From an uncultured Clostridia bacterium (GTDB lineage Bacteria > Bacillota > Clostridia > TANB77 > CAG-508): a stretch of DNA of 64,000 bases. Positions 51,600-59,787 of this stretch are shown in pieces. The notes below the pieces were generated by a model that searched no databases, was not told where the DNA came from, and saw only the letters and a list, made by a program, of their open reading frames with translations. The stretch covers positions 164,588-228,587 of the forward strand of contig CALXLF010000002.1 in the NCBI GenBank assembly GCA_944389125.1, given 5' to 3'. Position numbers and translations under genes: made by a program. The stretch's first letter is position 1, and every line of letters begins with the position of its first letter.

Positions 51600-51628
51600 T
51601 TGAAATACCTAAAAAAATGTGTTATATT
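51600..51628 (+). promoter_or_regulatory. pheS sigma-A promoter
   Basis: TTGAAA, 17 nt, then TATATT. Confidence 0.5.
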
Positions 51629-51639
51629 ATTTTAGTAAA

Positions 51640-51926
51640 TTGAATATATAGAGCCGTTTGAAAAAAGCAAAGTAGATAATTTAAAAATATATTTAAGAGA
51701 AAACAAGTCTTAGGCTGGAAGCTTGTTTATATATAAATTATTGAAATTTCACTTTTTGAGGTTTTATCTTGAAAATATGTCTAATATAAGTAGGGATAAA
51801 CGGTAGTTCCGTTATAACTATAATGAGGTTGATTTAATTTTAAAATTAAATTAATAAAGTTAGGTGGTAACACGTTAGAATTTGACGTCCTAATAAAGTA
51901 GAAATACTTTATTAGGACTTTTTGTT
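51640..51926 (+). promoter_or_regulatory. T-box riboswitch leader of pheST (probable Phe specifier)
   Basis: Conserved T-box motif TTAGGTGGTAACACG at about 51860-51874. An intrinsic terminator (GTCCTAATAAAGTA ... TTTATTAGGAC + TTTTTGTT) lies at 51887-51926. An AGAGA (GA motif) sits at about 51689, and a candidate UUC-A specifier is at 51748-51751. Confidence 0.75.
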
Positions 51927-51970
51927 ATTTATCCAAAAAGTAAAATATAATAATTTTTAAGGAGGAAAAG

Positions 51971-53026
51971 ATGGAAGATAAAATTAATGAGATTAAAAAA
52001 GCAGCTGAAAAAGAATTAGAGCAAGTTAAAAGTTCTAATGAGCTAAAAGAGCTTAAAATTAAGTATTTAGGAAAGAAAAGCGAACTTTCTGAAATGCTTA
52101 AAAGTTTAGGAAAATTAAGTAAAGAAGAAAGACCAAAAATTGGTGCATTAGTTAATGAAGTAAAAAAAGAGATTGAAGAAAAAATTAATGCTACGGAAGA
52201 AAAAATTAGGGAACAAGTTATTAAAGAAAAACTTGAAAAAGAGAAAATCGATATAACTCTTCCTGGAACAAAAATTAAAAGAGGAAGTAAACATCCTTTA
52301 AATAGAGTAATTGAAGAGATAGAAGATCTATTTGTATCTATGGGATATGATGTTGTTGAAGGTCCAGAACTAGAAACTGATGAATTTTGTTTTGAAAGAT
52401 TAAATTTACCAGAAGGACACCCAGCTCGTGATATGCAAGATAGTTTTTATATAACAGATGAATATTTGTTAAGGACTCAAACATCTGCAGTTCAAGCAAG
52501 AGCAATGGTTGCAAATAAAGAAAAAACTCCAATTAGAATAATAACTTTAGGAAAAACATATAGAAGAGAAGATGATGCTACACATTCACATCAATTTAAT
52601 CAAATTGAAGGCTTAGTTGTAGATAGAAAAGATACAGTAAATATTTCTCTAGCTGACTTAAAGGGTACATTAGAAGTATTTATGAGAAAAATGTTAGGTG
52701 AAAAAACAGAGCTTCGTTTCAGACCAAGCTATTTTCCATTTACAGAACCATCTTATGAAGTTGATGTAACATGCTTTAAATGTGGAGGTAAAGGATGTCC
52801 ACTTTGTAAGCATACTGGATGGATTGAAGTTTTAGGTTCAGGTATGGTTCATCCAAATGTTTTAAAAATGAATGGATATGATCCTGAAATTTATTCTGGT
52901 TTTGCTTTTGGAACTGGAATTGATAGATTAGCAATGTTTAAATATGGAATTACAGATATGAGGTATTTATATACAAATGATATTAAGTTTTTAAGTCAAT
53001 TTGATAGAATGGATATAGAAAATTAA
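51971..53026 (+). CDS. pheS: phenylalanyl-tRNA synthetase alpha subunit
   Basis: 351 aa. Class II motifs FRPSYFPFTEPS and GFAFGTGIDRLAM, with the typical coiled N-terminal arm. Confidence 0.95.
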   Translation: MEDKINEIKKAAEKELEQVKSSNELKELKIKYLGKKSELSEMLKSLGKLSKEERPKIGALVNEVKKEIEEKINATEEKIREQVIKEKLEKEKIDITLPGTKIKRGSKHPLNRVIEEIEDLFVSMGYDVVEGPELETDEFCFERLNLPEGHPARDMQDSFYITDEYLLRTQTSAVQARAMVANKEKTPIRIITLGKTYRREDDATHSHQFNQIEGLVVDRKDTVNISLADLKGTLEVFMRKMLGEKTELRFRPSYFPFTEPSYEVDVTCFKCGGKGCPLCKHTGWIEVLGSGMVHPNVLKMNGYDPEIYSGFAFGTGIDRLAMFKYGITDMRYLYTNDIKFLSQFDRMDIEN

Positions 53027-53088
53027 AAATATATTATATCACTAGCAGAACTTAGAAATATAATTGAAATTTGCAAGGAGGAAAGAAA

Positions 53089-55464
53089 ATGAAATTAAGT
53101 TTAAATTTTGTAAAAGACTATGTTGATATAGCTGTTCCAGTTGATGTTTTAGCAGAGGATATGACTAGAGTTGGAAATGAATATGATAGTGCTGAAAAAT
53201 TAGTTCCAGCAACTAAATTAATAATAGGAGAAGTTAAAACATGTGAACCTCACCCAGATTCAGATCATCTTCATGTTTGTACTGTAGATGTTGGAAAAGA
53301 GGTTTTAAATATAGTTTGTGGTGCTCCAAATGTTAAAGCTGGACAAAAAGTTATAGTAGCTTTAGCCGGAGCTGAACTTCCTGGTGGTGTTAAAATAAAA
53401 AAATCTAATATAAGAGGCCAAGAGTCAAATGGAATGATTTGTGCTCTTTATGAAATAGGAATTGATAAAAAGTATTTATCAGAAGAAGATAAAAATGGAA
53501 TTCATGTATTACCAGATGATGCACCTATTGGAGGAGATCCAGTTAAATATATGAAGTTAAATGATGAAGTTATTGACTTTGATTTAACAGCAAATAGAGG
53601 TGATTTACTAAGCATATTAGGTATGGCTTATGAAATAGGTGCAATTTATGATAAAAAAGTAAGAGATATAGATTTATCTCATAATGAAACAAAAGATGAT
53701 ATAAATGATACTTTTAAATTAAAGATAAATACACCAAATTGTTCACTTTTCTTAGCTAAAGAAGTAAAAAATGTGACAATAAAGGAAAGTCCAGATTTTA
53801 TAAAAAATAGATTAATCGCAAGTGGTATAAGACCAATAAATAATGTTGTTGATATTAGTAATTATGTAATGCTAGAATGTGGTCAACCTTTACATTTTTA
53901 TGATAGAGATAGATTAAAAGATTGTTTAGAAGTAAGGCAAGCTTATAATGGTGAAAAATTAACAACATTAGATGAAGTAGAAAGAACATTAGATGAATCT
54001 GATTTAGTAATTTCTGATGGAGAAAAATCAATAGGTTTAGCAGGAGTTATGGGTGGACTTTCAACTGAAGTAGAACCTACTACTAAAAATGTAATAATTG
54101 AAGCTGCAATCTTTGATTCTGTTATGGTTAGAAAAACTTCAAAGAAAATTTTAAGAAGTGAAGCAAGTAATAGATTTGAAAAAGGAATTGCACCAAATAG
54201 AACTTATATGGCAATTGAAAGAGCTTGTAAATTATTAGAAGAATATGCGGATGGAACTGTTATAGGAGGAAAATGTGTTTATGATAAAACAGATACGGCT
54301 AGAAAAAGTAGATTAATTGAAATTAAATATAAAGATGTAAATGATTTATTAGGGGCAAATATTTCTAAAGAAGAGATTCTAGATGTCTTTAGAAGATTAG
54401 ATTTTGAAATTGATTATTCTGATAATGAAAAAGCAGGAGTATGGGTTCCTAGAAGAAGATTAGATATATCTATTCCAGAAGATTTAATTGAAGAAGTAAG
54501 TCGTATATATGGAGTAGATAATATTGAAGGAAAATTGCCAGTAGTTCCAATGAAACAAGGAAGCAAAAATGGAACAATAAGAGCTATTAGAAATAAAATG
54601 GTTGATTTAGGATTAAATGAAACTTTAACATATGTTTTAATAAATGATAAAGAGGTTCATAAATATACAAATGATGAATTTGAAGAATTAAGATTATTAG
54701 ATCCAATGACAGAAGAAAGAAATGTTTTAAGATATAGTTTAATTCCATCTTTAGTAAAAACTTATGAATATAATAAAGCTCATTATAATAAAGATGTTTC
54801 TATTTTTGAGATTGGAAAAGGATTTTGGAAAAAACAAGAAGAATATGGAGAGAATCAAAAACTTTGCGCTTTAATGACAGGAAATTATTTTGAAGGTTTG
54901 AATAAAAAGCCAGTTGATTTTTATGTCATTAAAGGTGTGGCAGAAGAAATTTTAGATTTTCTTGGCTATGGTGGAAGATATAGTTTTGTATATCCAAAAC
55001 AATCAATAAAAGAATTTCATCCAGGTCAAACTGCAGAAATATCAGTAAATGGAGATATAGTAGGTGTGCTAGGTAGAATTCATCCAGAAGAAATAAAAGA
55101 GCCAGTATTTGTATTAGAAATTAATTTAGATAGATTATTAGCTAAAAGAGCTTCTAAAATGACATATAAAGAAATTTCTAAATATCCTACTATAAACAAA
55201 GATATAGCAATTATAGTAGATGAAAAAATAACATCAAAAGAAGTTGAAACAGAGATTAAAAAAGCAGGTGGAAGATTATTCTTAAAATCAGAAATTTTTG
55301 ATGTTTATGAAGGTAAAAATATTGGAGAAGGCAAAAAGAGTTTAGCATATTCTCTAAGTTTTGGGGCTCAAGATAGAACTTTGACTGATGAAGAAGTAAA
55401 TGAAGTTTTACAAAAAATAATTGAAAGATTAGAGAAAGTTTTAAAAGCAGAGCTTAGAAGTTAA
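53089..55464 (+). CDS. pheT: phenylalanyl-tRNA synthetase beta subunit
   Basis: About 791 aa. N-terminal tRNA-binding domain (MKLSLNFVKDYVDI...), B3/B4, and a FDVY-type C-terminal anticodon-binding region. ATG at 53089 follows a GGAGGAAAG RBS. Confidence 0.95.
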   Translation: MKLSLNFVKDYVDIAVPVDVLAEDMTRVGNEYDSAEKLVPATKLIIGEVKTCEPHPDSDHLHVCTVDVGKEVLNIVCGAPNVKAGQKVIVALAGAELPGGVKIKKSNIRGQESNGMICALYEIGIDKKYLSEEDKNGIHVLPDDAPIGGDPVKYMKLNDEVIDFDLTANRGDLLSILGMAYEIGAIYDKKVRDIDLSHNETKDDINDTFKLKINTPNCSLFLAKEVKNVTIKESPDFIKNRLIASGIRPINNVVDISNYVMLECGQPLHFYDRDRLKDCLEVRQAYNGEKLTTLDEVERTLDESDLVISDGEKSIGLAGVMGGLSTEVEPTTKNVIIEAAIFDSVMVRKTSKKILRSEASNRFEKGIAPNRTYMAIERACKLLEEYADGTVIGGKCVYDKTDTARKSRLIEIKYKDVNDLLGANISKEEILDVFRRLDFEIDYSDNEKAGVWVPRRRLDISIPEDLIEEVSRIYGVDNIEGKLPVVPMKQGSKNGTIRAIRNKMVDLGLNETLTYVLINDKEVHKYTNDEFEELRLLDPMTEERNVLRYSLIPSLVKTYEYNKAHYNKDVSIFEIGKGFWKKQEEYGENQKLCALMTGNYFEGLNKKPVDFYVIKGVAEEILDFLGYGGRYSFVYPKQSIKEFHPGQTAEISVNGDIVGVLGRIHPEEIKEPVFVLEINLDRLLAKRASKMTYKEISKYPTINKDIAIIVDEKITSKEVETEIKKAGGRLFLKSEIFDVYEGKNIGEGKKSLAYSLSFGAQDRTLTDEEVNEVLQKIIERLEKVLKAELRS

Positions 55465-55478
55465 AATAAAGAAAAAAA

Positions 55479-55517
55479 GTGGAAATTAGAATTGTTCTAA
55501 TTTCCACTAATTTTTTG
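55479..55517 (+). terminator. rho-independent terminator
   Basis: GTGGAAATTAGAA-TTG-TTCTAATTTCCAC followed by TAATTTTTTG. Confidence 0.75.
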
Positions 55518-55582
55518 TAAAAAAATAGTGGCATATTTGTTGCCTATATGATAAAATGATAAAAGTATTTTAGGGGAAACAA

Positions 55583-58285
55583 ATGAATATTGGAGGAAGA
55601 ACATTGGAAAAATTATTTGTTATTGATGGAAATAGTATTTTAAATAGAGCTTTTTATGGAACTATGAGTAGTAAGCTTATGCAAACATCTGATGGAACTT
55701 ATACAAATGCAGTTTATGGGTTTTTAGCAATTTTATTTAAAGAATTAGAAGATATTAAACCAGAATATTTAGTAGTAAGTTTTGATGTTAAAGCACCAAC
55801 TAAAAGGCATGAATTATATAAAGAATATAAAGGAACAAGAAAGGGAATGCCAGATGAGCTTGCAAGTCAAATGCCTATAATAAAAAAAGTGTTAAAAGCT
55901 ATGAACATAAAGATTATTGAAAAAGAAGGATATGAAGCAGATGATGTTTTAGGAACACTAGCTAAATACGGAGAAAGTCAAGGACTAGAAGTAATTTTAC
56001 TTACAGGAGATAGAGATTCTTTTCAATTAGCAACAGATAAAACTATAATTCGTATTCCTCATACAAAACATGGGAAAACAGAAACTGAAGATTTTGATAG
56101 AAAGAAAATTTTGGAAGTTTATGGAGTTGAACCAAAATCTTTAATAGAAGTTAAAGGTTTAATGGGAGATTCTTCTGACAATATTCCAGGAGTTAGTGGA
56201 ATTGGTGAAAAAACAGCATTAAGTTTAATAAAAGAATATGGAACTATTGATAATATTTATAAAAGCATTGAAGATGGAAATACTACTATAAAAGGAAAAA
56301 CGAAAGAAAAATTAGAAAATGGAAAAGATATGGCATATCTTTCCAGAACACTTGGAACTATTAATGTAGATAGTCCAATAGAGAAAAACTTAGAAGATTT
56401 TAAATATAAAGATTGGAATAGAGAAGAAGTCTTAAAAATTTTCCAAGAATTGAGATTTAATAGATATATAGATAGATTTAAATTACTTGAAGATACACCT
56501 CAAAAAGAAGAAAAAGATATAAAAGAATTATTTGAAGTTCAAAAAGTAAATTTAGAAGAAATTTATGATGAAATTCTTAAAGAAAAAATATTATATTATT
56601 ATTTTGAAAGTGTTGAAGATGAAGATGAAAGTCCAGTTGATTTGAAAATTAAAAGTTTAAAAATTGCAATTCAGGATAAAGTATATAATATAGATTTTGA
56701 AGCGAATAAAGAAACAATAAAGAAAATTTTTGAAAATTATGAAATTTTAAAATGTGGATATGAGCAAAAATTAGACTATATTTTACTTAAACAATCAGGA
56801 ATAGAAGCTAAAAATCTTATGTTTGATATAAAAATTGCTGCATATCTTCTAAATTCAAGTTCAAATCAATATAATTTAGAGGAACTTAGTAATACTTATT
56901 TAAATTTAAATGCCTCATCAATATTAAAAAAAGATAATAAAAATACTCAAACTAGTTTATTTGATGAGGAAGCAAAAGAAGAGGAAAATATTCAAGATGA
57001 GGTTTATGTATATTTGATTTCAAAATTGCATAAAAAATTAGAAAAAGAGCTAGAAAATATTGGATCTTTAAAATTATTTAATGAGATTGAAATGCCGCTT
57101 GTAGAGGTTTTAGCAGAGATGCAGTATACAGGTGTTTATGCTGATCCAAAAGAAATTCTAAAATTTGGAAAAAATTTAAGCACAAAAATTGAAGAATTAA
57201 GAATTGATATATATAATTTGGCTGGAAAAGAATTTAATATAAATTCACCAAAACAATTAGGTGAAGTATTATTTGAAGATTTAAAATTACCTGTATATAA
57301 GAAAAATAAAAGTGGATATTCCACAGATGTAGATGTTTTAGAAAAATTAAAAGATAAACATCCTATTATTGAAAAAATTTTAGATTATAGACAATTAGTA
57401 AAGTTGAATTCAACTTATGTAGAAGGTTTGATGTCTCATATAAATGAAAAAACTGGAAAAATTCATACACGTTTCCATCAGACAGTTACAGCAACAGGAA
57501 GATTAAGCAGTACTGAGCCAAATCTTCAAAATATTCCAACTAGAACTGACTTAGGTAAAAAAATAAGGAAAGTATTTAAAGCAGAAAAGGGAAATATATT
57601 TATAGATAGTGATTATTCACAAATTGAACTTAGAGTTTTAGCACATATTTCAAATGATGAGATAATGATAAACGCTTTTAATCAAGATCAAGACATTCAT
57701 ACTATTTGTGCATCTCAGATTTTTAATGTGCCAGTAGATAAGGTTTCTAAACAACTAAGAAGTAGAGCAAAAGCTGTAAATTTTGGTATTGTTTATGGAA
57801 TTAGTGATTTTGGACTATCAGAACAAACTGGAATTAATATAAAAGAGGCAAAAGAATATATAGAACAATATTTAGAAAAATATTCTGGAATAAAAAAATA
57901 TATGGAAGATGTTGTTGAACAGGCAAAAATAAAAGGATATACTGAGACAATGTTTGGTAGAAGAAGGTATATTCCAGAAATTAAGTCTAATAATTATATG
58001 GTAAGAAAATTTGGGGAAAGAGCTGCGATGAATACCCCAATTCAAGGAACAGCTGCTGATATTATGAAAATAGCAATGATTAAAGTGTATAGAAGAATTA
58101 AAAATGAAAATTTAAAATCAAAAATTATTCTTCAAATTCATGATGAACTTTTAGTTGAAGCTCCATTAGATGAGGCTGAAGAAATAAAGAAAATCTTAAA
58201 TGAAGAAATGGATTCTGCAGCAAAACTTTCAGTTCCTTTAAAAGTAGAAATTGAAGAAGGAAATAGCTGGTATCAGGCAAAATAA
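55583..58285 (+). CDS. polA: DNA polymerase I
   Basis: 900 aa. The 5'-3' exonuclease N-terminus, a 3'-5' exo-like middle, and the C-terminal polymerase motifs A/B/C (DYSQIELR, RSRAKAVNFGIVYG, QIHDELL). An alternative TTG start at 55604 follows a GGAGGA RBS. Confidence 0.95.
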   Translation: MNIGGRTLEKLFVIDGNSILNRAFYGTMSSKLMQTSDGTYTNAVYGFLAILFKELEDIKPEYLVVSFDVKAPTKRHELYKEYKGTRKGMPDELASQMPIIKKVLKAMNIKIIEKEGYEADDVLGTLAKYGESQGLEVILLTGDRDSFQLATDKTIIRIPHTKHGKTETEDFDRKKILEVYGVEPKSLIEVKGLMGDSSDNIPGVSGIGEKTALSLIKEYGTIDNIYKSIEDGNTTIKGKTKEKLENGKDMAYLSRTLGTINVDSPIEKNLEDFKYKDWNREEVLKIFQELRFNRYIDRFKLLEDTPQKEEKDIKELFEVQKVNLEEIYDEILKEKILYYYFESVEDEDESPVDLKIKSLKIAIQDKVYNIDFEANKETIKKIFENYEILKCGYEQKLDYILLKQSGIEAKNLMFDIKIAAYLLNSSSNQYNLEELSNTYLNLNASSILKKDNKNTQTSLFDEEAKEEENIQDEVYVYLISKLHKKLEKELENIGSLKLFNEIEMPLVEVLAEMQYTGVYADPKEILKFGKNLSTKIEELRIDIYNLAGKEFNINSPKQLGEVLFEDLKLPVYKKNKSGYSTDVDVLEKLKDKHPIIEKILDYRQLVKLNSTYVEGLMSHINEKTGKIHTRFHQTVTATGRLSSTEPNLQNIPTRTDLGKKIRKVFKAEKGNIFIDSDYSQIELRVLAHISNDEIMINAFNQDQDIHTICASQIFNVPVDKVSKQLRSRAKAVNFGIVYGISDFGLSEQTGINIKEAKEYIEQYLEKYSGIKKYMEDVVEQAKIKGYTETMFGRRRYIPEIKSNNYMVRKFGERAAMNTPIQGTAADIMKIAMIKVYRRIKNENLKSKIILQIHDELLVEAPLDEAEEIKKILNEEMDSAAKLSVPLKVEIEEGNSWYQAK

Positions 58286-58382
58286 CGTAAAAATAGTTAA
58301 AATTCGATAAAAATCTGTTGCAATAAAATTTTTATAATGTTATAATAATTTTTGGTATAAATTGGTTTAGGAGGAAAATTGA

Positions 58383-59627
58383 GTGAGATTAAGTTCAAAA
58401 GTAGACTTGGTTAATGAATCAACAGAAATTTTAAATCCAGTCTATGAAGAAAAAATGATATCTTTTCTTATTCGAGCTTTAACTAGATTTATAGATATAA
58501 TAGCAGGGTTAGTAGGAGTATTTTTATTAATACCTATAAGTTTATATGTAATTATAGAAAAAATAATAAAAAATGAACAAGGTCCTGTATTTTATTATCA
58601 CATAAGAATAGGAAAAAATGGAAAAGCATTTAAAATGTATAGATTAAATACAAGATCTATATTATGTGAATTTCCACAATTTATTAATGTTTTGGCAGGA
58701 ACAATGACTTTAGTTGGTCCTCGTCCTTATACAGTAAAACAGAAAGAGCAAATGGGAGATTATTTTAATATAATTTCTAGTGTAAAACCAGGTATAACTG
58801 GTATATATCAGATATCTGGAAGAAGTGTTGGTTTTGAAGAAAGATTAGATTTAGATGTTCATTATATTTTAAATCATTCTTTAAAACTTGATTTTAAAAT
58901 AATTTTAATTACTCTTTTTGTAACATTAAAAAATAAAAAGTCAACATACTATCAAAAATATGTTTATGAAGAAATTCCGAGAGAAACAGTTAGTAATTAT
59001 ATTTTAAGAAATATAAGATTATTTGTTAAAAGAGTAATAGATATAATTGGAGGATTAGTAGGGATAGTTTTATTAATTCCAGTAACAATTTTGATAGGAA
59101 TTGTAAATATTATTTTTAAAGAAAATGGTCCAATTTTTTATTCACAAGAGAGAATAGGAAAAAATGGAAAGAAATTTAAAATGTATAAATATAGAAGTAT
59201 GGTAGTAGATGCAGATAAAAAGTTAAAAACTATTTTACAAGAAAATGAAGAATTAAGAGAAGAATTTGAAAGAACAAGAAAATTAAAGAATGATCCTAGA
59301 ATAACAAAAATAGGAAAGGTTCTAAGAAAGACAAGCTTAGATGAGCTACCACAACTTATAAATGTTTTAAAAGGAGAAATGAGTTTAGTTGGTCCAAGAG
59401 CGGTTGTTGATGGAGAAATTGATTTGTTTGGAGAAAATAGAGATACAGTTTTATCAGTTAAACCAGGAATTACAGGATATTGGGCTGCTAATGGAAGAAG
59501 CAATACAACATATGAAGAAAGAGTTAATATGGAAACTTTTTATGCTAAAAACTTTAATCTTGCTTTAGACATAAAGATTTTATTTAAAACTGTATTTTCA
59601 GTTGTAAAAAGAGAAGGAGCTATTTAA
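58383..59627 (+). CDS. tandem-duplicated bacterial sugar (phosphoglycosyl) transferase: a degenerate N-terminal copy plus an intact C-terminal catalytic domain
   Basis: Copy 2 (about aa 218-414) has the re-entrant helix KRVIDIIGGLVGIVLLIP, KMYKYRSM, DELPQLINVLKGEMSLVGPR and KPGITG motifs of PglC/WbaP-type PGTs. Copy 1 (about aa 30-190) repeats the architecture (RFIDIIAGLVGVFLLIP, KMYRLNTRS, MTLVGPRP, KPGITG) but lacks about 50 aa and has LCEFPQF in place of the catalytic DE of LDELPQL. Confidence 0.75.
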   Translation: MRLSSKVDLVNESTEILNPVYEEKMISFLIRALTRFIDIIAGLVGVFLLIPISLYVIIEKIIKNEQGPVFYYHIRIGKNGKAFKMYRLNTRSILCEFPQFINVLAGTMTLVGPRPYTVKQKEQMGDYFNIISSVKPGITGIYQISGRSVGFEERLDLDVHYILNHSLKLDFKIILITLFVTLKNKKSTYYQKYVYEEIPRETVSNYILRNIRLFVKRVIDIIGGLVGIVLLIPVTILIGIVNIIFKENGPIFYSQERIGKNGKKFKMYKYRSMVVDADKKLKTILQENEELREEFERTRKLKNDPRITKIGKVLRKTSLDELPQLINVLKGEMSLVGPRAVVDGEIDLFGENRDTVLSVKPGITGYWAANGRSNTTYEERVNMETFYAKNFNLALDIKILFKTVFSVVKREGAI

Positions 59628-59645
59628 ATAAAAAATATGGATATA

Positions 59646-59687
59646 ACCTCAGAATATATATTCTGGGGGTCTTTTATTTTTTTAGTG
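59646..59687 (+). terminator. rho-independent terminator
   Basis: CAGAATATATATTCTG palindrome extended by CCT/GGGG, followed by a TCTTTTATTTTTTT run. Confidence 0.6.
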
Positions 59688-59787
59688 AAAAAATATTTGT
59701 AGTTAATAAAAAAATGATATTTTATATAGATTTTTATAATGTAAATTGATATAATAATCCATATAAAAATTTAGAGGGGATTTTAGT

